Below are positions 15,651-23,780 of a stretch of 32,000 nucleotides of DNA, piece by piece. The stretch lies in assembly GCA_028279045.1 (NCBI GenBank), contig JANQSZ010000021.1, positions 11,303 through 43,302 on the forward strand, given 5' to 3'. The position numbers were made by a program, and so were the translations under genes. The stretch comes from Candidatus Nanoarchaeia archaeon. Its GTDB lineage: Archaea > Nanobdellota > Nanobdellia > Woesearchaeales > UBA10216. The notes beneath the pieces were generated by a model that did no database searches, was not told the DNA's origin, and saw only the letters and a list, made by a program, of their open reading frames with translations. How positions within the stretch are numbered: the stretch's first letter is position 1; every line of letters begins with the position of its first letter.

Positions 15651-15685
15651 CTTTTTTCTTTTCTTTTTTTTCTTTTTTCTTTCTA
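15651..15685 (+). terminator. Oligo-T transcription terminator after the S-layer gene
   Basis: CTTTTTTCTTTTCTTTTTTTTCTTTTTTCTTTC starts 11 nt after the stop; archaeal RNAP terminates at T-tracts. Confidence 0.55.
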
Positions 15686-15722
15686 CAAATCTTTTTAAGT
15701 CTAGATCGAACTCTTTCATTCT

Positions 15723-16121
15723 ATGTGGGTACTCAAAACTCTGAATGCAAAAGAAACTCGGCACGCTGTCTCTGTGTATCGCACACTGTCGTACGAAACA
15801 GCAAATGGGTTTCGCCACTCAGTTGAGATAGAAGGAAGCCGTAGAAGTACGCTCAATCAAGGTGTAATAGAAGAATGGCACGTACGGTACTTCCAGGAAA
15901 AGGAAGGATTACCGACCGTAAATGAGGTCTTTAGAGACAACATTGGCATCATTGGTTATCTTAATGATAGTGATCGAAGACCGAGTCTTCCTGCTGAATA
16001 TGCTGATGTGATTAATGAAGACATGCGCCCTGATCTCGAAATGAGATCACTGACATTGTCTCAGCCATCACCAGAGGAAATTAAAGAATGGAATTTTCGA
16101 GATCATCTCGGTCAAATCTAA
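15723..16121 (+). CDS. Hypothetical protein
   Basis: 132 aa; TATA-like ATCTTTTTAAGTC about 24 nt upstream of the ATG. No recognisable domain. Confidence 0.45.
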   Translation: MWVLKTLNAKETRHAVSVYRTLSYETANGFRHSVEIEGSRRSTLNQGVIEEWHVRYFQEKEGLPTVNEVFRDNIGIIGYLNDSDRRPSLPAEYADVINEDMRPDLEMRSLTLSQPSPEEIKEWNFRDHLGQI

Positions 16122-17294
16122 TTATCGTATTTCTCCATAAAAAATATTATGTTTAGAACGAGTTATTTTGACTCTCACATTTCCTTCTTTATCACAGTTA
16201 GGAATAGTAATAATTCTCCCACCAGCCACAGCTAATTTCTCTCTTGGATAGCGTCCTGGTAGCTTAATTTCAGCGTCAATAGTCTGCCCTTTCCTGAACG
16301 GCTTAGGATAGCTCTTCGCTGGAAAGATATTGTAATCTCCTGCGCTAACTTTCAACTTCGCTCCTGTTTCTTTCTCCCATGCATCAAGCAGCTTCTCGAA
16401 ATCTTCCCAACTCTTTTCTTTTGCTGGATTCCGCCCTTTTTTGTAACTCAAAAAATTCTGTATGCCAACGTCTGCTCCTATTTCCTGAGCAAATTTCACA
16501 ATAGGAACGATCTCTTCATCATTATATCCTTGTACATATACCGGCGCAAGCAACACTTTACACTTCGTTGCCATAAACCGCGCTCTTTCCTTGATAGTCT
16601 CAATATCATAACTCCCAAGTCCTGCCATCACTTTTGCTTTCTTCACCCCAATTGCGTTGAATGACAAGTTAAACCGTTTCAGTCCTGCATCAACCATTGC
16701 ATCAATGTCTTCTTCACTCAATAAACTCGCGTTGGTATCAATAGAAATCATGCCAACATTCGGCGTACTAGCAATATCCCGAATTAATTCCGGCATTTGT
16801 TTGTATAATGTTGGTTCGCCTTGCGCATTAATGTGCGCGTCTATTTCGCAATCCTTAAACTTGGCCAGTTTTCGAAATTCTTCAACTAAATAATCTTTCT
16901 CGACGATAAAATCTCTATTTTTCCTCGTTGCCGGACCTTCATCAACACTGCAATACACACAATTTTCATTACATCCAGTGATCGGTTTAATTTCAATTAT
17001 GTTTGTTCCCCTATCAATTAAACCAAAATAGTTTGTTCCAATTAAGGGAACATCCCTTTCTTTGTAAATGTACGTCGCCGGTTTTCGCGTTACAGAACTC
17101 TGCATGTTTTCCAATCCAATATCCAAAAAGTGATTAAATTTCTTCACACTCTTTACTTTCACATCGCCATCTTCAACTTTGCATTCCCCAAGTTTATCTT
17201 TCGGAATGCTAAACCAGAATCGATCCAGAAAAATACCTTTAATCGTATCCTCATTATCTTCAAATCGTATCTGCTCAAAATGCATGGTCTCCAT
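16122..17294 (-). CDS. Radical SAM protein with C-terminal TRAM/OB-like domain
   Basis: 390 aa; CX3CX2C cluster motif GCNENCVYCS. The C-terminal GQTIDAEIKLPGRYPREKLAVAGGRIITIPN...VRVKITRSKHNIFYGEI looks like a TRAM-type beta-barrel. Substrate unknown. Confidence 0.8.
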   Translation of the reverse strand: METMHFEQIRFEDNEDTIKGIFLDRFWFSIPKDKLGECKVEDGDVKVKSVKKFNHFLDIGLENMQSSVTRKPATYIYKERDVPLIGTNYFGLIDRGTNIIEIKPITGCNENCVYCSVDEGPATRKNRDFIVEKDYLVEEFRKLAKFKDCEIDAHINAQGEPTLYKQMPELIRDIASTPNVGMISIDTNASLLSEEDIDAMVDAGLKRFNLSFNAIGVKKAKVMAGLGSYDIETIKERARFMATKCKVLLAPVYVQGYNDEEIVPIVKFAQEIGADVGIQNFLSYKKGRNPAKEKSWEDFEKLLDAWEKETGAKLKVSAGDYNIFPAKSYPKPFRKGQTIDAEIKLPGRYPREKLAVAGGRIITIPNCDKEGNVRVKITRSKHNIFYGEIR

Positions 17295-17366
17295 ATACCA
17301 AAGTTATCTCCCTCCTCTTATAAACGCACCGAAAATTTATATAGAAGCGTTCTAACCAATTTCTAA

Positions 17367-18026
17367 ATGGAGAGAGAGATTATCGTTACCTATGAAGCGT
17401 TATTCGAGTTGTTAATGCGCGAAAAGGGTAGGGAAGCAATACAACCGTTAGAACCAGGATTCTTTGCTAATCTTGCAAGATATTTGAAAGACAAGCGCGT
17501 TGCATTAGAGTCGCTAACAAAAGAGGGCGGCTTGGAAAGTAGCGAAGTTGAACGCAATGCCAAGCAACTCCAGAACATCTACCGCTTAGTTCGTGAATTG
17601 TACGAAAGACGAGAGCGTAAAATTCTCAACATGGCACTAATCAAATCCAGAACCGGTTCTGAAGCACTTGATACTGCTGCCATGCTCAAGGAAGAACTCG
17701 ATTTGTTTGAGCGCGCTGCTTCTCACTTGAACGAGTACCGAACCAATATTCTTCATCAGGTGCTTGCAGGAGAAGCACCAAACTATTCGCAACGTGAAGT
17801 GACTGATGTTCCTGCTTCTGAAGCACCAGAGCCAACACCTGAGCCAGCTCCAGAGCCGACACCAGTATCAGAAACCCTCGCCAGACTCAAACTCCTGGAT
17901 GACGTAGCAGAGTTCGTTGGCAAGGAACTCGAAACCTACGGACCCTTTTCTCAAGGCCAAGTAGTCGAACTCCCTCACGAAATAGCCCAGATTCTGGTTG
18001 CTAAAGGGAATGCTGAACTTCTCTAG
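17367..18026 (+). CDS. gins51: GINS subunit (Gins51/Sld5-like)
   Basis: 219 aa; N-terminal YEALFELLMREKGREAIQPLEPGFFANLARYLKDK and NAKQLQNIYRLVRELYERRERKILNMAL fit the A-domain. C-terminal LLDDVAEFVGKELETYGPFSQGQVVELPHEIAQILVAKGNAELL fits the Gins51 B-domain pattern as I remember it. Confidence 0.65.
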   Translation: MEREIIVTYEALFELLMREKGREAIQPLEPGFFANLARYLKDKRVALESLTKEGGLESSEVERNAKQLQNIYRLVRELYERRERKILNMALIKSRTGSEALDTAAMLKEELDLFERAASHLNEYRTNILHQVLAGEAPNYSQREVTDVPASEAPEPTPEPAPEPTPVSETLARLKLLDDVAEFVGKELETYGPFSQGQVVELPHEIAQILVAKGNAELL

Positions 18027-19041
18027 GAACAACTAATTCTGAAGCAGGATCGTACGCAGGCATACTATCCATTAATTTCAACAGTGTTTCTCCTGGATCA
18101 AATCCCTGTCCCGGCTCTAGTCCCAGTCGCTGCGTGGAAGCAAGCGCATTCAGGTCGACAGGGTCACGGTGTTTTGGGTCCGCAAGAGCTATTTGGGTTG
18201 GGGGAAAGAAGTGGGAATAACCATCACTCATTACCTCAAGTCCGTAGCGATTAAATTCAGCATCAGGCAGTTTGTATGAATTCGTTAAACTGACAGCACA
18301 TTTGTAGGTAGCTAAGTGACTCCGAAAAATATTAATACGGAATTCTTCCACTTTCCTCTGCACTCGAGGTGTCCCTTCAATATCTGCAGGATCTGTGCGC
18401 GTTCTGGTTACTGTAAGTTTTTGGATTGGAGGAACCTTCGTTTTTTCATGCTTCCCATCGAAGAAAACGTGCGCCGAATACTGCACACCATATTCTCCAG
18501 CAGGATAAACTTGCGTAGCTGAAGTAGTAAGGGAACCTCGGTGACTCTGGAGATGAAATTCTCCTTGCAATGCCATCCCTTCAGGGAGGTTTGGGCTTCC
18601 AGTACTGACTAAGAAATCGTCAATATCATGACGACCTGCTCGCATAAAGAGGTATTGGCGGTTATCTTCGTTTTGGGTAAGTTCCTCAAAAGTCTTTAAT
18701 CCATTAGCATCAATAAGTCTTCGCATAATGTCTGAAAGTCCCCAGCCTCTGCCCGAGGTCGCGTAATCTAGGTGCTGATCTGGACTACCTTCATAACTGT
18801 GCACAACAAACGGTATGCCATGCCCACTTCCTCTGTCAAGTGTAACCTCATACAATTGAAGGTCCACCATTCTCTTCGCTCCTTTCCGTAGCAGTTCTTC
18901 TTCACTTATCCCATCAGAGTGCAAGAATTCTTCACTTCGCAAGTAGTCAAGCACAGCATCCTCATCAAAGTCTTCCGTTACAGGGAACGAGCCTAGTGGC
19001 TCTGTTCCTACTTTTCGAATAGCCAGAATGTGCTCTAACAT
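18001..19041 (-). CDS. Uncharacterised cytosolic protein (346 aa), probable distant paralog of the next gene
   Basis: Long clean ORF with its own TATA-like TTCTAAATAGAG about 22 nt upstream of the ATG. No signal peptide or TM, and no motif I can name. Confidence 0.6.
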   Translation of the reverse strand: MLEHILAIRKVGTEPLGSFPVTEDFDEDAVLDYLRSEEFLHSDGISEEELLRKGAKRMVDLQLYEVTLDRGSGHGIPFVVHSYEGSPDQHLDYATSGRGWGLSDIMRRLIDANGLKTFEELTQNEDNRQYLFMRAGRHDIDDFLVSTGSPNLPEGMALQGEFHLQSHRGSLTTSATQVYPAGEYGVQYSAHVFFDGKHEKTKVPPIQKLTVTRTRTDPADIEGTPRVQRKVEEFRINIFRSHLATYKCAVSLTNSYKLPDAEFNRYGLEVMSDGYSHFFPPTQIALADPKHRDPVDLNALASTQRLGLEPGQGFDPGETLLKLMDSMPAYDPASELVVPREVQHSL

Positions 19042-19086
19042 GCGTAAAGCGAACGAATTTCTCTATTTAGAATTATCTCTACCGAT

Positions 19087-20136
19087 CTATTCTACTGGCT
19101 GAGCCTGAATTAACTTCTGTGCTTCATACTCGCCTTGAAGCATTCTCGCGAACACTTGATCTATCGGTGCAGAGCGCCCTTGGTAGAGTCCGAATTCTTT
19201 GGCGACAAGTAGATTCTTGACAGAAAGAGTTTCGTTTGACTGTGCAGCTTCAGTGAGCACTTCGGTAGGAATATTTTGCATTAGAGGAGGTTTGTCAGGC
19301 AGAACAACATTCGTAGGATTCCCGCGTTCATCGAAATACACTTTTCTCGCTTGATTTACGCCGTCCACATAGCTAACATCTACTCTCCTTCGAGGATCAT
19401 CTTGAAGTGCTTCGTCAACATATCTCAATTCTACAATTTGAGCTTCTTCTGCCTGATCAGAAAACGGGCTTTCAGGGGTAGTATAATGTGAACGCACTTC
19501 CAGCGAATCTATTGTATGCCTATCGCTTACCTTACCTTCTTGTCTGATTTGAGCAATGTAGGAAAGCTCAACATGCTCCCCACCTCTAAGATCAAATGTG
19601 TAGATTCCTTGCGTGACTAGTATCGGGCTCGAGAGTGTATCCATAGAATGTACATTCGTAATTTCATACCCTCCAACTTTCGGCGGGTGTGGTGCTGGGC
19701 TTTCAACGAACAATTCACCGCTTGCATGCATATCTCGAACATGATCGACGCCGTGTTCTCGCGCTGCAGCATGCAATTTGTCCATCAGGTCATCTCCTTC
19801 TTCAGCAAGCTCAGGATCAATACCAATAGCAGTCAAAGGTCCGAGTTGACTAGAAAACCTGCTTGTACCAAATTCCTGATCGTCCATCACAGAATAAAAG
19901 ATTGGCAGCCAGCGTGTTTCATCAACACCCCGTATTCCAACTTTTCCGAGTCTGAGGTCTGCTTTGCGAGGCAATACATTACGCAGCTCGTCATATTGCT
20001 GGGGCTTATCTGACTTTACCCATTTTTCAAATCGCTTGTATCCAATCTCCTTGCCAAAGGCTTTTCGATTAAAGCCAGTCGGCGTATGGAATACAATACC
20101 AGGAATAGCTAATTCTTCAAGTGATACGCTAAGCAT
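19087..20136 (-). CDS. Uncharacterised cytosolic protein (349 aa)
   Basis: Long clean ORF; TATA-like GATTTTATAGTC about 20 nt upstream. Collinear weak similarity to 18001..19041 at three places by eye. Confidence 0.6.
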   Translation of the reverse strand: MLSVSLEELAIPGIVFHTPTGFNRKAFGKEIGYKRFEKWVKSDKPQQYDELRNVLPRKADLRLGKVGIRGVDETRWLPIFYSVMDDQEFGTSRFSSQLGPLTAIGIDPELAEEGDDLMDKLHAAAREHGVDHVRDMHASGELFVESPAPHPPKVGGYEITNVHSMDTLSSPILVTQGIYTFDLRGGEHVELSYIAQIRQEGKVSDRHTIDSLEVRSHYTTPESPFSDQAEEAQIVELRYVDEALQDDPRRRVDVSYVDGVNQARKVYFDERGNPTNVVLPDKPPLMQNIPTEVLTEAAQSNETLSVKNLLVAKEFGLYQGRSAPIDQVFARMLQGEYEAQKLIQAQPVE

Positions 20137-20210
20137 GCAACTGAGGAGTCCTTTCGACTATAAAATCCTATCCACAATCTTTAATAAACGAAGCGCATGG
20201 ACTCGTCCTC

Positions 20211-20954
20211 ATGACTGATTTACAAATAACACATACAGTTTATGGGTATGAAGCAACATTTCCCTGGCCTCATGGTACATGGTTGTTTAATCCTGGGGGA
20301 ATAGCAAATTTCTATGTACCGCCACCACGCGTAACTGAGTGGGATGGGATTGAGGTTGAGCTTGGGATGCCAACAACTGCACGAACTATTGAGCAGTATC
20401 ATGAGATTATCGTTACTGCAGCGATGCAGGCTGAGGATTTAACAGTAGTCGGAGCAGGTCTCGGTGATTTAGTTGATCATTACATTGCTCATCATCCAGA
20501 CAAAAAGCCCATAGTCATAGATCCATTTGAATATCAATTGGCTACTCAATTTCTCGAGGCCTTCTTATCAGATCGCCCTGATGACCCTGTTGCGAAGAGG
20601 CTGCTGCATAATGCAAACCTTATGTTATCGGAAAAAGTTGATTTGTTAAACGTACCACTCAGTAGAGCTGTACATCGAGCGAGAAGAAGGGCAGATGTTG
20701 TAATCGATAATTCAGGCCCAGCACGATTTGGCGATTGGACCGACCCAACACTGGAAATAATTGAGAGGCTTACTCCAGAGCGTCCGGAAAGCCGTTTCTC
20801 TTTCAGCCCTTATAATCCATATGATCTAGTATCAAGTCCTGAAGAGGATGCAATTCTATTGCTCAAACCTGGTGGCAGGTTTTTTGCAGCGCGAGATGAT
20901 AGGGCATCTCAGATTACAGTATACTCCTCTGACGGCATCGCTTCTACACCATAA
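20211..20954 (+). CDS. Uncharacterised protein with Rossmann / class-I-methyltransferase-like motifs
   Basis: 247 aa; LTVVGAGLGDLV (GxGxG) followed by an acidic beta-2 end (IVIDPFE), then ADVVIDNSGP and LLLKPGGRFF, reminiscent of the SAM-MTase / spermidine-synthase fold. The assignment is weak. Divergent from 19087..20136. Confidence 0.5.
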   Translation: MTDLQITHTVYGYEATFPWPHGTWLFNPGGIANFYVPPPRVTEWDGIEVELGMPTTARTIEQYHEIIVTAAMQAEDLTVVGAGLGDLVDHYIAHHPDKKPIVIDPFEYQLATQFLEAFLSDRPDDPVAKRLLHNANLMLSEKVDLLNVPLSRAVHRARRRADVVIDNSGPARFGDWTDPTLEIIERLTPERPESRFSFSPYNPYDLVSSPEEDAILLLKPGGRFFAARDDRASQITVYSSDGIASTP

Positions 20955-20966
20955 CCTTTTTAAATA
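20949..20966 (+). promoter_or_regulatory. Conserved BRE/TATA promoter element (copy 1, rpl44e)
   Basis: CCATAACCTTTTTAAATA ends 20 nt before the rpl44e ATG. The stop of the upstream ORF lies inside it. Confidence 0.65.
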
Positions 20967-20986
20967 CCCCATATTTCTCTCCCTCT

Positions 20987-21295
20987 ATGAAAGTCCCTAA
21001 GCTAAAAAAGCGGTATTGCCCGTATTGCAAATCGCATTCTGAGCACAAGGTAGCTGCTGCCAAGAAGAAGAACGCTTCTTCCTTGACGTATGGCTCCAAA
21101 GTACGTGCTCGTAAGCGTGGATCTGCGAGAGGTATCGGCTCGATGGGACGTTATTCTAAGAAAGCGATCAGCGCGTTCAAGATGACCGGTAAGAAGCAGA
21201 CCAAGAAGACTGATTTCCGGTATGAATGCGGTACGTGCAAGAAAATGCATGTCCAGAAGCAAGGTCTCCGCGCGAGACGTGTTGAGTTCCAGTAA
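20987..21295 (+). CDS. rpl44e: Ribosomal protein L44e (eL42)
   Basis: 102 aa; KKRYCPYCKSHSEHKV ... YECGTCKKMH zinc ribbon and a basic composition typical of L44e. Confidence 0.9.
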   Translation: MKVPKLKKRYCPYCKSHSEHKVAAAKKKNASSLTYGSKVRARKRGSARGIGSMGRYSKKAISAFKMTGKKQTKKTDFRYECGTCKKMHVQKQGLRARRVEFQ

Positions 21296-21327
21296 GTTTA
21301 TATCTTTCTCTGAGTTCTCGGATCTGT

Positions 21328-21840
21328 ATGATTGAGAAACTTCATAGTTCTGCGAGAATTGAGATTCTTGGTGGTTATGACAAAGAGCGTAGCACTATCT
21401 TCCTGACTCGTTTGTTGCATAGAGGGTTTCATGTTCCCCGGAATGAAGTTCTAAGCTGGGGTCTGAATCCTGATAACGTCAATCATGACAATCCTGTACG
21501 TGCATATGTTGAGCTTGTCCGTACATCTGTAGCTGCTGCGGAAGAACAGGGTTTCTACGCTGGTGATATACTTCGCCTTCTTGATGTAGAGGAGAAAGAC
21601 GGCCACGTCAGTGCCCGACTTGAAGACTTCGGGCGAAGAGTTCCCTCCGGTGGCCTCTTTTATGTACCTCAATCCGCTGCAGATATTTCAGAGCTACTCG
21701 AATTAGATCCTGATGAAAGACTTTTTGCTGCTCATCTCGTTGGTTATCACCGCATGCATCCAGATACACCACTGCGCCCTGATGCTGACAATACACTAGA
21801 AAGGTATCGGCAAAGCCTTGAGGATCAGCAATCCACATAG
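21328..21840 (+). CDS. Orphan hypothetical protein inserted between rpl44e and rps27e
   Basis: 170 aa; its own TATA-like AAGTTTATATC about 24 nt upstream. No recognisable domain. Confidence 0.5.
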   Translation: MIEKLHSSARIEILGGYDKERSTIFLTRLLHRGFHVPRNEVLSWGLNPDNVNHDNPVRAYVELVRTSVAAAEEQGFYAGDILRLLDVEEKDGHVSARLEDFGRRVPSGGLFYVPQSAADISELLELDPDERLFAAHLVGYHRMHPDTPLRPDADNTLERYRQSLEDQQST

Positions 21841-21861
21841 CCACCCATAACCTTTTTAAAT
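21841..21861 (+). promoter_or_regulatory. Conserved BRE/TATA promoter element (copy 2, rps27e operon)
   Basis: CCACCCATAACCTTTTTAAAT ends 21 nt before the rps27e ATG. Confidence 0.65.
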
Positions 21862-21882
21862 GGCCTCCCTTTCCTTCTCAGG

Positions 21883-22068
21883 ATGGTACAAACTAAGGAA
21901 ACCACATCGAAATTCATCAAGGTACGCTGTCCTAAGTGTAAGAATGAACAGGTAATTTTTGGTAAAGCATCTACGACAATTCCATGCTTAGTATGCCAAA
22001 AGGTCCTTGCTTCTCCTTCAGGCGGCCGATCTAGAGTACGATCTCAGATCCTTGAGGTTCTTGATTAA
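21883..22068 (+). CDS. rps27e: Ribosomal protein S27e
   Basis: 61 aa; FIKVRCPKCKNEQVIFGKASTTIPCLVCQKVLASPSGG is a C4 zinc ribbon typical of S27e. Confidence 0.9.
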   Translation: MVQTKETTSKFIKVRCPKCKNEQVIFGKASTTIPCLVCQKVLASPSGGRSRVRSQILEVLD

Positions 22069-22835
22069 TGCTGAAGAAGAAACTCTTTCCTGAGGAAGGA
22101 GAACTGGTTATCTGCAAGGTCACTTCTGTGCAGAGCCACTCAGTCTTTGCTCAAATTAAAAACTACAATAAATCTGGTATGATTCACATTTCCGAAGTCT
22201 CACCAGGTAGAATCAGAAACATCCGAGATTACGTTAAGGAAGGCAAGATTATTGTTACCAAAGTGCTCCGTATCAATCAGGAGCGCGGCCATATTGATCT
22301 CTCATTGCGTAGAGTTACCGATAACCAGCGAAGAATTGTTATCACGCAAGACAAGCAAGAAGCTAAAGCAAGAAAAATTATTGACTACTTAGCTTCTGAA
22401 ATGAAACAAGATCCGCAAAAACTCTTCGAGCAGATCGCAACTCCTGTTTCCGAACATTACGATTACTTGTTCGATGCATTCATGGAAGTTGTTGAAGACA
22501 ACACGACGTTTGAAGAACTCGGCGTTCCAAAAGACGTCGCAAAGAAGCTCGATGATGTTGTCAAGCAACGTATCAAGCCTGCTGAAGTTGAGATCAAAGG
22601 AACATTATCTCTTTCAACATTCGCGCCCGACGGTCTCGAAACTGTAAAGAAAGCGCTCCATAGCGCAGAAAAAGAAGGCAGCAATGTATCCTATCTTGGT
22701 GGCGGAAACTATTTAGTTCGCGTTAAAGCTCCTGATTACAAAAAAGCTGAAAAGATCCTGGCTGATTCAACAAACGCTGCTGTTTCGCTAATTGAAAAAA
22801 GCGGCGGCCAAGGAACATTCGAGCGTGCACAATGA
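22068..22835 (+). CDS. eif2a: Translation initiation factor aIF2 alpha subunit
   Basis: 255 aa; N-terminal S1 domain (GELVICKVTSVQSHSVFAQIKNYNKSGMIHISEVSPGRIRNIRDYVKEGKIIVTKVLRINQERGHIDLSLRRV). TAATG overlap with rps27e. Confidence 0.9.
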   Translation: MLKKKLFPEEGELVICKVTSVQSHSVFAQIKNYNKSGMIHISEVSPGRIRNIRDYVKEGKIIVTKVLRINQERGHIDLSLRRVTDNQRRIVITQDKQEAKARKIIDYLASEMKQDPQKLFEQIATPVSEHYDYLFDAFMEVVEDNTTFEELGVPKDVAKKLDDVVKQRIKPAEVEIKGTLSLSTFAPDGLETVKKALHSAEKEGSNVSYLGGGNYLVRVKAPDYKKAEKILADSTNAAVSLIEKSGGQGTFERAQ

Positions 22836-22999
22836 AACACATTTTGAAATGCTGCGTGTACACAATGAAGTCAGCTTGTCCAGAATGCGGCAAGGAAACA
22901 ACTTCACCTCGACCGCCAAAGTTCAGCCCTGAAGACAACTACGGTAAATATCGTAGAAAAGTTAAAGAACAATCACGTAAGGAGCAAGGATTAGTATGA
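22832..22999 (+). CDS. nop10: H/ACA RNP protein Nop10 (55 aa; below the ORF-track cut-off)
   Basis: Hand translation MKHILKCCVYTMKSACPECGKETTSPRPPKFSPEDNYGKYRRKVKEQSRKEQGLV*. ATGA overlaps at both ends. Confidence 0.85.
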   Translation: MKHILKCCVYTMKSACPECGKETTSPRPPKFSPEDNYGKYRRKVKEQSRKEQGLV

Positions 23000-23766
23000 C
23001 TTGGAAAGTTACCTACACAAGTAAGATTCAACCGCACAACCCAGTACTTATTGAAGGACTTCCTGGTATTGGCAACGTCGGTAAAGTAGCTGTTGATTTC
23101 ATGATCGAACAATTAAACGCTATCAAAGTCTGCGAAATCTTCTCTCACAAGCTTCCTCATTCTGTATTCGTTAACGAAGACAATCTTGTTGAGCTTCCGA
23201 CCTTATCCATGTACCTAGTACGTGGCAAAGAAGGCAAGCCAGACATTCTACTATTAGCAGGCGACGTCCAACCGATTGACGAAGTTTCCAGTTACGAATT
23301 TTCCGAAACAATATTGAACGTGTTCCAGAAGTACAACGGAACCCATATTGTTACGCTGGGCGGCATCGGATTGCCAACCGCTCCTAAGAAACCGTTGATT
23401 TACGGTACTTCAAACTCAAAAGCATTTGCAAAAGTGTTTTTCAAAGATACAAAGATTAACACCAACTTGTTTGGTGTTGTTGGTCCAATCATCGGTGTCT
23501 CTGGTCTTTTACTCGGCTTAGGCGCACGCAGAAACGTTGACGGTGTTGCTCTCCTTGCAGAGACGTACGGTCATCCAATGTATCTCGGCATTAAAGGAGC
23601 GAGAGAGATGATTGTGATTTTGAACGATAAATTCGGTCTCAAGCTGAACATTGAACAGATTGATTCCGAGATTAAAGAAATGGAAAAGGAAGCAGCTTCA
23701 AAGAAAGCTGATATGAAAGATTTACCTACGACCCAGCCATATGGCGAAGTGTCGTATATTGGATAA
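22996..23766 (+). CDS. PAC2-family proteasome assembly chaperone-like protein (COG1938)
   Basis: 256 aa; PVLIEGLPGIGNVGKVAVDFMIEQL is the family's N-terminal signature. It sits in the usual position after nop10. Confidence 0.7.
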   Translation: MTWKVTYTSKIQPHNPVLIEGLPGIGNVGKVAVDFMIEQLNAIKVCEIFSHKLPHSVFVNEDNLVELPTLSMYLVRGKEGKPDILLLAGDVQPIDEVSSYEFSETILNVFQKYNGTHIVTLGGIGLPTAPKKPLIYGTSNSKAFAKVFFKDTKINTNLFGVVGPIIGVSGLLLGLGARRNVDGVALLAETYGHPMYLGIKGAREMIVILNDKFGLKLNIEQIDSEIKEMEKEAASKKADMKDLPTTQPYGEVSYIG

Positions 23767-23780
23767 ACGGGGGATAAAAC

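Noticed and set aside
15651-15700. T-rich low-complexity run after the S-layer gene, considered as a simple repeat or mobile-element end
   Set aside because: Its position directly after a probably highly expressed gene fits an archaeal oligo-T terminator. The antisense 76-aa Lys-rich ORF (15588-15818) is an artefact of the A/T run.
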